This document shows, in pieces, positions 49,281 through 59,048 of a DNA stretch of 62,106 nucleotides. The stretch is taken from positions 1 to 62,106 of the forward strand of contig CANITX010000001.1 of NCBI GenBank assembly GCA_947470575.1, in the 5' to 3' direction. This DNA comes from Rhodospirillales bacterium. Its GTDB lineage: Bacteria; Pseudomonadota; Alphaproteobacteria; Rhodospirillales; CAMCUA01. The translations under genes were made by a program, and so were the position numbers. A model generated the notes under the pieces. It did no database searches, had not been told where the DNA came from, and saw nothing but the letters and a program-made list of their open reading frames with translations. The first letter of the stretch is position 1. Each line of letters opens with the position of its first letter.

Positions 49281-50024
49281 ATGCCGGATATGACGGATCG
49301 ACAAGTCTCTCCTGCCGCGGCCGTCCGTGCCCTGGTGCGTTCGGGGCGATCGGCAGCCCTTGGTACCGCATTGGCTAAGGACGGGGCTCGCCCTTATGTT
49401 TCCTTGGTCACAACGGCCTGCGATGTGGACGGATCGCCGCTCATGCTGCTGTCGCGGCTTTCCGACCATACCCGCAATCTGGATGGCGATTCCCGGGCTT
49501 CCTTATTGTTCGAGGCAGCATCCCGTCTCGAAAATCCTCAAACCGGACCGCGGGTTAGCCTGGTTGGGCGGATCCTGGCCAGCGACGAGCCCCGCCATGC
49601 CCGGCGCTTTCTGGCTCGCCATCCTACCGCTGAACGCTATGCCGGGTTCGGCGATTTCGGTTTCTATCGCTTTGTCGTCGAACGGGCCCATTTGGTTGGC
49701 GGTTTCGCCCAGGCGCGTTGGGTCGACGGTCGCGATCTCTCGTTCGATCCCGCCGTTGTCGCCGCTATCGCCGGGTGCGAAGAATCGGTCATGGCCCATA
49801 TGAACGAAGATCATGGCGAGGCCTTGCGGCTGTATGCCAACGTCTTGCTGGGCCGGCCGGGGCGCCAATGGCGCATGATTGGTTTGGATCCCGATGGCTT
49901 CGATCTTCGGCTGGGCCGGCGGACTTTGGCACGTTTGACCTTCGATGCTCCTGTTGCCGATGCCAACGCCGTGCGCCAGATATTGGTTGATCTGGCTGCC
50001 GCCGCCCGCCGAAGGTTGCAATAG
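49281..50024 (+). CDS. HugZ-like protein: pyridoxamine 5'-phosphate oxidase-related split barrel plus a DUF2470-like C-terminus
   Basis: PYVSLVTTACDVDGSPLMLLSRLSDHTRNL...RVSLVG... then HMNEDHGEALRLYA, which is typical of this family. Confidence 0.7.
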   Translation: MPDMTDRQVSPAAAVRALVRSGRSAALGTALAKDGARPYVSLVTTACDVDGSPLMLLSRLSDHTRNLDGDSRASLLFEAASRLENPQTGPRVSLVGRILASDEPRHARRFLARHPTAERYAGFGDFGFYRFVVERAHLVGGFAQARWVDGRDLSFDPAVVAAIAGCEESVMAHMNEDHGEALRLYANVLLGRPGRQWRMIGLDPDGFDLRLGRRTLARLTFDAPVADANAVRQILVDLAAAARRRLQ

Positions 50025-50252
50025 GCAATCTACTTTCCCCGAAAGATAGTGTGACGGTTATCGCTGCCGTAGCTCTCAGAGCATGATTTTCTTGACCGAA
50101 ATCGCGGGGCCGCGTACCGCATGCGCCGAACGGCGCAGGCAACGTCAGGCGCTCTGCAAAAAAAAGGCCGATACATGGGAGGATGCGGGCTGCCCGGAGT
50201 TATCGGGCGGCGCAACGCTTGGGGCTCGTTTTGACAGGGCAGGAACCTACCC

Positions 50253-52085
50253 ATGATCTCCGCCAGCCGCGGTCGTACCGACAATAACAAGCTTCTTTCC
50301 TGGGTCGACGAGATGATCGCCCTTTGTACGCCCCAGGCCGTCCACTGGTGCGACGGTTCCGAAACGGAGTATGCCGCGTTCTGCGGCCAATTGGTTGAAG
50401 CCGGTACCTTTATCCCGCTCAATGCCGAGAAGCGCCCCGGGTGCTTCCTGGCCCGTTCCGATCCCGGCGATGTCGCCCGGGTCGAAGACCGCACCTACAT
50501 CTGTTCCCAAAACGAAGCCGACGCCGGGCCCACCAACAATTGGATGGCTTCGGACGAGATGAAGGCGAAGCTGTCCGGCCTGTTTGCAGGCGCGATGCGC
50601 GGGCGGACCATGTATGTCGTGCCCTTCAGCATGGGGCCGCTCGGATCGGCGATCTCCCATATCGGCGTGCAGTTGACCGATTCTCCCTATGTTGCCGTCA
50701 GCATGCGCACCATGACCCGCATGGGCCAGTCGGTGCTCGACGTATTGGGCGACGGCGATTTCGTTCCCTGTCTGCATTCGGTCGGGGCGCCGTTGTCCGC
50801 GGGCCAGACAGACGTTTCCTGGCCATGCAACGATACCAAGTACATCGTCCATTTTCCCGAGGAACGCTCGATCTGGTCCTACGGCAGCGGCTACGGCGGT
50901 AATGCCTTGCTTGGCAAGAAGTGCTTCGCGCTGCGCATCGCTTCGACCATGGCCCGCGACGAGGGCTGGCTGGCCGAACATATGCTGATCCTTGGCCTGG
51001 AGAGTCCAAAGGGCGAGAACACCTATATCGCCGCCGCCTTCCCCAGCTCCTGCGGCAAGACCAACCTAGCCATGCTGATTCCGCCCGAGGGCTTCGCCGG
51101 CTGGAAGGTGCGGACCATTGGCGACGATATCGCCTGGATCAAGCCGGGCGCCGACGGCAGGCTCTATGCCATCAATCCGGAAGCGGGGTACTTCGGCGTG
51201 GCGCCGGGGACGTCCACGCAATCCAATCCCAGCGCCATGAACACCATGAAGCGCGACTGCATCTTCACCAACGTTGCGCTGACCGACGATGGCGATGTTT
51301 GGTGGGAAGGTATGGACGGACAGCCGCCGGCCCACCTGATCGACTGGCAGGGAAAGGATTGGACACTCGGCTGCGGCCGTCCCGCCGCTCATCCCAACTC
51401 GCGCTTCACGGCGCCGGCCCGCTTGTGTCCGAGCTACGATCCGGCCGCCGAGGATACCAAGGGCGTACCCATCGACGCCTTCCTATTCGGTGGTCGTCTC
51501 AGCCATACCTATCCGCTGGCCTTCGAGGCCTTCGATTGGCAACACGGCGTGTTCCTGGCCGCGACCATGGGCTCCGAAGCGACGGCGGCGGCCGTCAATC
51601 AGGCGGCGATACGCCGCGATCCGATGGCGATGCTGCCGTTCTGCGGCTACAACATGGCCGACTACTGGCGCCACTGGCTCGACGTCGGCGCCAAACTCAA
51701 ACACCCGCCGCGCATTTTCCGCGTCAACTGGTTTCGCAAGGACGAGAACGGCAAGTTCATCTGGCCGGGTTTCGGCGAGAACATGCGCGTGTTGAAATGG
51801 GTGGTCGATCGTGTTCGTGGCCGCGGTCAAGGCGTCGAGAGCCCGTTTGGCATGATGCCTCGTCACCAGGACATCGAATGGCGCGGTCTCGATTTTCCGC
51901 GGGCGTCGTTCGATAAGCTCGTGGCGGTCGATGCGAATGCCGGACTGGACGAGGCCGAGGACATCCGGTCCTTATTCGCGCGCTTCGGCGACCGCCTGCC
52001 ACCCGAGTTGGAAGACGAACGCCAGGGACTGGCGGAACGCATGGACGTTTACGGCCGCGGCCGCTATGCCGCCGCTGCCGACTGA
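50253..52085 (+). CDS. pckG: phosphoenolpyruvate carboxykinase (GTP-dependent type)
   Basis: 610 aa with GTP-PEPCK signatures: [30 protein letters not shown], the P-loop [22 protein letters not shown] and FRVNWFRKD. Confidence 0.95.
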   Translation: MISASRGRTDNNKLLSWVDEMIALCTPQAVHWCDGSETEYAAFCGQLVEAGTFIPLNAEKRPGCFLARSDPGDVARVEDRTYICSQNEADAGPTNNWMASDEMKAKLSGLFAGAMRGRTMYVVPFSMGPLGSAISHIGVQLTDSPYVAVSMRTMTRMGQSVLDVLGDGDFVPCLHSVGAPLSAGQTDVSWPCNDTKYIVHFPEERSIWSYGSGYGGNALLGKKCFALRIASTMARDEGWLAEHMLILGLESPKGENTYIAAAFPSSCGKTNLAMLIPPEGFAGWKVRTIGDDIAWIKPGADGRLYAINPEAGYFGVAPGTSTQSNPSAMNTMKRDCIFTNVALTDDGDVWWEGMDGQPPAHLIDWQGKDWTLGCGRPAAHPNSRFTAPARLCPSYDPAAEDTKGVPIDAFLFGGRLSHTYPLAFEAFDWQHGVFLAATMGSEATAAAVNQAAIRRDPMAMLPFCGYNMADYWRHWLDVGAKLKHPPRIFRVNWFRKDENGKFIWPGFGENMRVLKWVVDRVRGRGQGVESPFGMMPRHQDIEWRGLDFPRASFDKLVAVDANAGLDEAEDIRSLFARFGDRLPPELEDERQGLAERMDVYGRGRYAAAAD

Positions 52086-52091
52086 CGGTCC

Positions 52092-52472
52092 TTAGCGTTT
52101 TCCAAAGATGCCGCCCAGGGCCGCCAACAAAAGGGCGGCCCAGCCGGCGATCAGCAGCATGCCGCCCAAGGGGGCCGCTCCGACGACGAGTGTCGTCTGT
52201 GTCAGGCCAAGGCAATAGAGGCTGCCGGAAAACAGCAGAATACCCAGGGTGAAAAGAAAGCCGGCGATCCCAACCATCCGCTGGCCCGGCTGCCGGTCGG
52301 CCAGCCAGGCGACGCTTAGAAGCGCCAGCGCATGCCACATTTGATAGTCGACGCCGGTGGCGAAGGCATCGCGGAAATAGGAGTCGGACGCCGCGAGTGC
52401 GTGATGTCCGTAGGCGCCGGCGGCAACGGCCATCAGGCCGTTGATCGCACCCAAGGCGAGCCATATGGCCAT
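52092..52472 (-). CDS. DUF423 (YgdD/TMEM256-like) membrane protein
   Basis: 126 aa, four TM helices. LGAINGLMAVAAGAYGHHAL and LFSGSLY are typical of the family. Start at MAIWLAL. Confidence 0.8.
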   Translation of the reverse strand: MAIWLALGAINGLMAVAAGAYGHHALAASDSYFRDAFATGVDYQMWHALALLSVAWLADRQPGQRMVGIAGFLFTLGILLFSGSLYCLGLTQTTLVVGAAPLGGMLLIAGWAALLLAALGGIFGKR

Positions 52473-52567
52473 AGATCCTCGGAAAAGCTGCGGTGAGGCG
52501 GGGGAAATCCCCCGGGGCGCGCCGGAACGCCTTGCGGGGCGCTCCGGCGGCTGGTGTAGCCTTTTGA

Positions 52568-54100
52568 CTACTTGAACGAGATCTGTTCCAGGGGGACCTC
52601 GCTGTTGGTCGAGATCGAAGGCTTGAAATTCAGCCGTTTTCCGACGCGGGAATAGCCGACCATGTGAAATAATGTAACATCGTGGGCTTCTTCGTAGATG
52701 TAGGCCAGCACCTTTTCCCACGCCTTGACCCGCTCGGGCCCGAGGGTGGTCGAGGAAGCCAGTTTTTCCATCTCGTCGATGTTCTTGTCGCAGACCGTCG
52801 ATTGCCGGCCGTCGCAGGTATACTTGGTGAAGACCGTGAACGTCGGGTCGCCGTTGTTGTTGTCATGCTGATCTTGGAACACGATCAACCGCTTCTCGTC
52901 GAACGGCTTGTTCTGTGCGGCAGTGTGTTCGGCGGCTTCGACGCAGAGCAGCTTCATGTTGAAGCCGACCGCCTTGAAATAGCCGAGCAACGCCTCCATC
53001 AACTCGGTGACGTTCGGAAACTGTGCCGTGCGACAGAAAAGCGTTATTTCCTTATCGACGGGCGTTCCGGCTGCCTTGGCTTCCGCCAACAGCTGCTTCG
53101 CCTTGGTCGGGTCGTAGGGGCGGAGCTGCTTGTCGATTTCGTGGTTGTGGCCGGGAATGCTCGGCACCACCAACTGGGTGGAGTGCAACACGTCTTTCGA
53201 CATGATCGTGCCTTTGATGGCATTTCGGTCGACGGCGTAGTTCAGGGCCAGACGCACCCGCTTGTCGTTGAGCGGCGGCGTCATGGAATCGATGCGCAAC
53301 CGGGTGGTTTCGGAATTCAGGAAGCTGAAGTCCGTGGTCGGATCGTTGGCATCCTGCACGGCGATGTTGGGCGACAAATCGGCCTCGCCGACTTTGACCA
53401 TGGCGGCGCGGACGGCGGATTCTTTGCGGATCACATAGGAGGCCTGTTCGACGGCCGGCTTCGGACCCCAATAGTTCGGGTTTTGCTTGAGGACGAGGTC
53501 CTTGCCCTGGTTGAAGCGATCCACCACGTAGGGTCCGGTACCGACGGGGTTGTTTACCAGCTTCTCTTTTGGGGTTTTCGGCGATTCGATGCCGACCAGG
53601 CTCATACGCACCGGCAGGATGGGCTCCAGGTTTTCGGTGGTGATTTCGAGCGTCAGAGGATCGAGTGCCTTGGCGGTGAACTTCACGCCGCCGATCTTGG
53701 CACGGGTTTCGCAGGTGATGGTGGGGCTGCGGAAGGTCCGTTCGAAGGATTGGACCACGGCTTCGGCCGTCAAGGGCTCCCCGTCCGAGAACTTCACGCC
53801 GCTGCGCAACTTGAAGACCCAGACCTTGTCGCTGACCCGTTCCCAGGACGTCGCCAGACGCGGCGAGAGCTTGGAGGTGGCCGGATCGAGCATGACCATG
53901 CTTTCGATGACGTTGACCTTGATCACCCGTCCCTGAACGGAGCGGGTGGTGTTGCAGCTATCGAGGTTGTCGGGCTCTTCTTCGAGCACGATCGTGATAT
54001 TTTTGTTCTACGCCAAGGCTGGCGCAGATACGGCGACCGCGCCTGCGAGCGCAAGGCCGGCCATAGCCGCAAATAGGGTACCCGGTGTTTTTATCGGCAC
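52568..54100 (-). pseudogene. ABC-transporter substrate-binding protein (family 5, peptide/nickel type) interrupted by an in-frame TAG after the signal peptide
   Basis: A GTG at 54100 with GGAGAAGGA upstream encodes MPIKTPGTLFAAMAGLALAGAVAVSAPALA. A TAG follows at 54008-54010. The same frame then continues NKNITIVLEEEPDNLD... into the 473-aa ORF, which carries SBP_bac_5 features (PRLATSWE, NPNYWG, LNDKRVRLALNYAVDR). Confidence 0.75.
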
Positions 54101-54280
54101 GGTGTGTTTCCTTCTCCCTGTGTGATCTGTCCTGCGACAATGACGAGGTGGCGATGGGCCGCCGTTGGGGCGCGGCTGTTGTTGCATTGATCGCTAAAGC
54201 AGGCGTCGATGGGATGCTTGCTCCGATGGGCGGAAAAATCAACCATGACATGAGGCCGTCGACCGGGAGCCTCGTCCTTG

Positions 54281-55210
54281 CTAGTAGCCCCGGACCCTGT
54301 CCACGGCATCCGGATGAGGCTGCCCGGCGCGCAGCCGGTGCATGCCGTCGGCGAAAATGCGGCAGGCTGAGCGTGGATTGACCCGCGCCGCCACGTGCGG
54401 CGTCACGTCGATCCTGGGGTGTCGCCACAGCGGACTTTCGGGCGGCAGCGGTTCGGTGGCGAAGACGTCCAGGTTGGCGCGCTCGATATGCCTACTGTCC
54501 AATGCGGCGATCAGATCGGCTTCGACCACATGGCCGCCCCGCGCCGTATTGATGAAAAAGGCGCCTTGCGGCAGTTGCATCAAGGCCTTGCTGTCGACAA
54601 TGTTGGTAGTCTCGGGGGTCAGCGACAGCAGGCACACCAGTATTTGGCTGCGGGCCAGGAAAGCCGGTAGCTGTTCGTCGCCGGCAAAGCAGGCGACGCC
54701 CGGGATCGCCTTGGCCGTGCGGCTCCAGCCGGCCACAGTGAAGCCAAGGCTGGCCATGGTCGTCGCCGCGCGCCGGCCGAGTCGGCCCAACCCCATGATG
54801 CCGACTCCCCGCTCGCCGGTCTCGGGAAAGGGCACCTTTTCCCAACGTGCGGCCTGTTGCAGCTCGAGATAGCGGTGATAGCCCCGATGGTAATGGATCG
54901 TCCGGTGCACGACGTGCAGGGTCATGTCGCTATCCAGCACCGGATCGACCAGCCGGATCACCGGCACGCCGGGCGGCAGATCGGGATCGCACAAAATGTG
55001 GTCGACCCCGGCGCCGATGGAAAAGATGCCCTTCAGGTTGGGGAACTGCCGGAACAATCCGGCCGGGTGGCGCCAGGTAACAGCGAATTCTACGGCCTCG
55101 GGATCGCCGGCATCGGGCCACAGGCGGATGTCTTCGCCCGGCATCTCCGCCCGCAGGCCGTCGATCCAGACGTCGGCCGGGCCGATGCGGATATGGAAAA
55201 GGATCGACAC
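54281..55210 (-). CDS. ghrA: D-isomer-specific 2-hydroxyacid dehydrogenase (glyoxylate/hydroxypyruvate reductase A-like)
   Basis: GIMGLGRLGRRAA (NAD fold), INTARGGHV and TPHVAA. The length and N-terminus resemble GhrA-type enzymes. Confidence 0.75.
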   Translation of the reverse strand: MSILFHIRIGPADVWIDGLRAEMPGEDIRLWPDAGDPEAVEFAVTWRHPAGLFRQFPNLKGIFSIGAGVDHILCDPDLPPGVPVIRLVDPVLDSDMTLHVVHRTIHYHRGYHRYLELQQAARWEKVPFPETGERGVGIMGLGRLGRRAATTMASLGFTVAGWSRTAKAIPGVACFAGDEQLPAFLARSQILVCLLSLTPETTNIVDSKALMQLPQGAFFINTARGGHVVEADLIAALDSRHIERANLDVFATEPLPPESPLWRHPRIDVTPHVAARVNPRSACRIFADGMHRLRAGQPHPDAVDRVRGY

Positions 55211-55211
55211 C

Positions 55212-56867
55212 TCAGCGCGCGACCACGCCGCTTTCGTCGGCCCTCAACTCCAGGGCGGCGGCCAGCAGGGCGCGGGTATAGGGCTCGCGCGGCGCGGCGA
55301 AAATCTGTTCCGCCGGCCCCGCTTCGACGACCTTGCCGTGGCGCAGGACAATGACGTCATGGGCCATGGCCCGGATCACGCGCAGATCGTGGCTGATGAA
55401 CAGATAGGCCAGGTCGTAGCGCTTTTGCAGATCACGCAGCAGCTCGACGATCTGCGCCTGCACCGACATGTCGAGCGCGCTGGTCGGCTCGTCCAGCACG
55501 ATGAAGCGCGGCCGGAGCACCAGGGCGCGGGCGATGGAGATGCGCTGGCGCTGGCCGCCCGAAAATTCGTGCGGATAGCGATCCATCATCTCGGGCGTCA
55601 GGCCGACTTCCTTCAAGGTCTGGGCCACCAGTTCGCGGCGGTCGTCGTCGTTCCGGCCGATGTTATGGATGCCAAGACCCTCGCCAACGATCTGGCCGAT
55701 GGATAGGCGCGGACTCAGGCTGCCGTAGGGGTCTTGAAAGACGATCTGCATCTGGCGGCGTAACGGACGCAGCGCCTTGCCGTCCAGTTTGCCGATGTCC
55801 TGGCCTTCGAAACGCAGCGTGCCTTCGGACTGTTCCAGGCGGATCAGCGCCCGGCCCAGCGTGCTTTTGCCCGAGCCGCTTTCGCCGACGATGCCGACGG
55901 TATGACCCTGGCGGACGGCCAGGGTGACGCCGTCCACCGCCTTCACGTGGCCGACGACGCGCCGGATGATGCCGCGCTTGATCGGGTACCAGACCCGCAG
56001 GTCCGTCGTCTCGGCGATCACCGGGGCGTTGGGTTTCGCGGGCTGCGGGCGGCCTTTCGGTTCGGAGGCCAGCAGGCGCCGGGTGTACTCGTGCTGAGGA
56101 TGATCGAAAACCTGCTGGGTGGCGCCCTGTTCGACGATATGGCCCTGGCTCATCACGCAGACGCGGTCCGACATGCGCCGGGCGATGCCTAGATCGTGGG
56201 TGATCAGCATCAGGGCCATGCCCATCTTCGCCTGCAATTCCTTCAAGAGCTTGAGGATTTGCGCCTGGATGGTGACGTCGACCGCGGTCGTCGGTTCGTC
56301 GGCGATCAGCAGGTCGGGTTCGTTGGCGAGCGCCATGGCGATCATGATGCGCTGTTGCTGGCCGCCGGAAAATTCGTGCGGGAAGGCGTCCAGGCGTTGG
56401 GTCGCGTCGTCCAATCCGACCAGGTGCAATAGTTCGATCGTCCGGGCACGCGCCTGTTCGCGGCGCATCAGCTTATGGACCAGCAGCACCTCGCTGACCT
56501 GGCGTTCGATGGTGTGCAGCGGGTTGAGCGAGGTGAGCGGCTCTTGGAAGATCATGGCGATTTCGTTGCCGCGGATCTGGCGCAGCCGCGATTCCGGCGC
56601 GCTCAACAGTTCCTCGCCGCGAAGGCGGATGCTGCCTTTCGGATGGTGCGCCAGCGGATAGGGCAGCAGGCGCATGATGGACAGCGCCGTCACCGACTTG
56701 CCCGATCCGCTTTCTCCGACGACGCCGAGCGTTTGGCCCTTCTCGATGGTGAAAGTGACGCCTTCAGCCGCTATCGTCGCCCTATCGCCCTTGCCGAAGG
56801 CTACCGACAGGTCCTCGACCGCCAGCAACGGCGCGGTATCCCGGTCATTCATCGCATCCCGGTTCAT
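55212..56867 (-). CDS. yejF: ABC transporter ATP-binding protein with duplicated ATPase domains (YejF type)
   Basis: Two Walker A motifs (GESGSGKS twice), two signature motifs (FSGGQQQR and FSGGQRQR) and two Walker B motifs. Confidence 0.85.
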   Translation of the reverse strand: MNRDAMNDRDTAPLLAVEDLSVAFGKGDRATIAAEGVTFTIEKGQTLGVVGESGSGKSVTALSIMRLLPYPLAHHPKGSIRLRGEELLSAPESRLRQIRGNEIAMIFQEPLTSLNPLHTIERQVSEVLLVHKLMRREQARARTIELLHLVGLDDATQRLDAFPHEFSGGQQQRIMIAMALANEPDLLIADEPTTAVDVTIQAQILKLLKELQAKMGMALMLITHDLGIARRMSDRVCVMSQGHIVEQGATQQVFDHPQHEYTRRLLASEPKGRPQPAKPNAPVIAETTDLRVWYPIKRGIIRRVVGHVKAVDGVTLAVRQGHTVGIVGESGSGKSTLGRALIRLEQSEGTLRFEGQDIGKLDGKALRPLRRQMQIVFQDPYGSLSPRLSIGQIVGEGLGIHNIGRNDDDRRELVAQTLKEVGLTPEMMDRYPHEFSGGQRQRISIARALVLRPRFIVLDEPTSALDMSVQAQIVELLRDLQKRYDLAYLFISHDLRVIRAMAHDVIVLRHGKVVEAGPAEQIFAAPREPYTRALLAAALELRADESGVVAR

Positions 56868-57925
56868 CGGAAGGTCTTTCGCGGATCGAAGGCGTCGCGC
56901 ACCGCTTCACCGATGAAGGTCAGCAGGCTGAGCATGACGGCGATGACGAAGAAACCGGTTAGCCCTAACCAAGGGGCTTGGAGGTTGGCTTTGCCTTGGG
57001 CGAGCAGCTCACCGAGCGATGCCGATCCCGGAGGCAAACCAATACCGAGAAAGTCCAGAGAGGTCAGCGTCGTCACCGAACCAGCCAGGACGAAGGGCAT
57101 GAAGGTGGTCGTGGCGACGACGGCGTTGGGCAGGATGTGGCGGAACATGATTGTCGCATTGCTGGCGCCCAGCGCACGAGCGGCGCGGACATAATCGAAG
57201 TTGCGGACCTTGAGGAATTCGGCGCGTACCACGCTGACGAAGCCGATCCAGGAGAACAGCAGGGTGATGCCGAGCAGCCACCAAAAATTGGGTTGGACGA
57301 CGCTGGCTAAGATAATCAACAGAAAGAGGGTGGGCATGGCCCCCCAAACTTCGATGAATCGCTGGAACAACAGATCGACCCAGCCACCGAAGTAGCCCTG
57401 CACGGCGCCGGCGGTAACGCCAACAACGGCGCTGACGACGGTCAGCGCGAAGCCGAACAGTACCGAGATGCGAAAGCCGTAGATCAGGCGGGCCACCACG
57501 TCGCGGGCTTGATCGTCGGTGCCGAGCCAGTGGATGGCGCCGGGCGGCGAAGGGGCGGGCACGGGCAGATCCCAGGCGACGGTGACATGGCTATAGCGGA
57601 TGGCCGGCCAGATCATCCAGCCCTTGTCGACGATCAGCTTGGCGACCACGGGGTCGCGATAATCGGCCTCGGTGGCGAAGGTGCCGCCGAACTGGGTTTC
57701 CGGATAGGCCTTGAAGATCGGCGTGTAAAAGGCACCGTCGTAAACGACCAGGAACGGCTTGTCGTTGGCGACGAACTCGGCGAACAAGGTGACGGTGAAG
57801 AGGACCAGGAACATCCATAGGGACCAGAAGCCGCGCCGGTTGGCCTTGAAGTTGGCCCAGCGGCGTTCGGCGATGGGGTTCCTTCGCCGGCGCTCGGTAG
57901 GCAAGGGCAGAGTGTTGGTGGTCAT
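56864..57925 (-). CDS. yejE: ABC transporter permease (YejE type)
   Basis: BPD_transp_1 core with the long N-terminal segment typical of YejE (WLGTDDQARDV). It overlaps yejF by 4 nt. Confidence 0.85.
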   Translation of the reverse strand: MTTNTLPLPTERRRRNPIAERRWANFKANRRGFWSLWMFLVLFTVTLFAEFVANDKPFLVVYDGAFYTPIFKAYPETQFGGTFATEADYRDPVVAKLIVDKGWMIWPAIRYSHVTVAWDLPVPAPSPPGAIHWLGTDDQARDVVARLIYGFRISVLFGFALTVVSAVVGVTAGAVQGYFGGWVDLLFQRFIEVWGAMPTLFLLIILASVVQPNFWWLLGITLLFSWIGFVSVVRAEFLKVRNFDYVRAARALGASNATIMFRHILPNAVVATTTFMPFVLAGSVTTLTSLDFLGIGLPPGSASLGELLAQGKANLQAPWLGLTGFFVIAVMLSLLTFIGEAVRDAFDPRKTFR

Positions 57926-57941
57926 GTTGCGTGCCCCACCG

Positions 57942-59048
57942 TTAGCTCCGCGCCTCGAAATCGATACGCGGGTCGACGACGTGGTACATCAGGTCACCGA
58001 CCAGTTGCATCAACAAACCGAGTAGTCCGAAGAAGAACAACGAACCGAATATCACCGGATAATCTCGGTTGATGGTGGACTCGAAACTTAGCCGGCCGAT
58101 TCCGTCGAGCGAGAAAATCACCTCGATCAAGTAGGCGCCGGTGAACAGCACGCCGATGAAGGCGCTGGGAAAGCCGGCGATGACGATCAGCATGGCATTG
58201 CGAAAGACGTGGCCGTAAAGCACCCGACGTTCGGACAACCCTTTGGAGCGTGCCGTGATCACATATTGCAGCCTGATTTGGTCGAGGAAGGAATTCTTGG
58301 TCAGCATGGTCAGAGTCGCGAAGCCGCCGATCACCATGGAAAGGATAGGCAGCGCCAGGTGCCAGAAGTAATCGAGGATACGCTCCGGCCAAGCCATCTG
58401 TTCCCAGTTCTCCGAGGTCATGCCGCGCAGAGGAAACCAGTCGAGATAGCTGCCGCCGGCGAACAGCACCAGCAGCAGCACGGCGAAAAGAAAGCTGGGA
58501 ATGGCGTTGCCGACGATGATCAGGCCGCTGGTCCAGACATCGAAGCGGCTGCCGTCGCGTACAGCTTTCATGACGCCGAGCGGGATCGAGATCAGATAGA
58601 CGAGCAACGTCGTCCAAACGCCTAAGGAGATCGATACCGGCATCTTATCGATCACCAGATCGACCACCGAGCGGTCGCGGAAGAAGCTGTCGCCGAAATC
58701 GAAGGTGACATAGCTTTTCAGCATCAGCAGGAAGCGTTCGTGTATGGGCTTGTCGAAGCCATACATGCGCTCCAGCTCCTTGACGAATTCCGGGTTCAAT
58801 CCCTGAGCGCCCCGGTATTTGCCGGCGGCGCCGGTGGCATCGCGGCCGCTGCTCCGCGATGCCATGATCTCACCGCCGCCGGACTGGCTGACCCGCTGGG
58901 TGATGGACGGACCGGTTTCGGTGAGTTGGGCGATCATCTGTTCGACGGGGCCGCCAGGGGCGGCCTGGATGATGGCGAAGTTGAGCAGCATGATGCCGAA
59001 CAGCGTGAGCGGGATCAGCAACAGGCGGCGTACGATATAGGCGATCAT
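57942..59048 (-). CDS. yejB: ABC transporter permease (YejB type)
   Basis: MIAYIVRRLLLIPLTLFGIMLLNFAIIQAAPGGP plus the extra soluble insert typical of YejB. It overlaps the yejA stop by 4 nt. Confidence 0.85.
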   Translation of the reverse strand: MIAYIVRRLLLIPLTLFGIMLLNFAIIQAAPGGPVEQMIAQLTETGPSITQRVSQSGGGEIMASRSSGRDATGAAGKYRGAQGLNPEFVKELERMYGFDKPIHERFLLMLKSYVTFDFGDSFFRDRSVVDLVIDKMPVSISLGVWTTLLVYLISIPLGVMKAVRDGSRFDVWTSGLIIVGNAIPSFLFAVLLLVLFAGGSYLDWFPLRGMTSENWEQMAWPERILDYFWHLALPILSMVIGGFATLTMLTKNSFLDQIRLQYVITARSKGLSERRVLYGHVFRNAMLIVIAGFPSAFIGVLFTGAYLIEVIFSLDGIGRLSFESTINRDYPVIFGSLFFFGLLGLLMQLVGDLMYHVVDPRIDFEARS

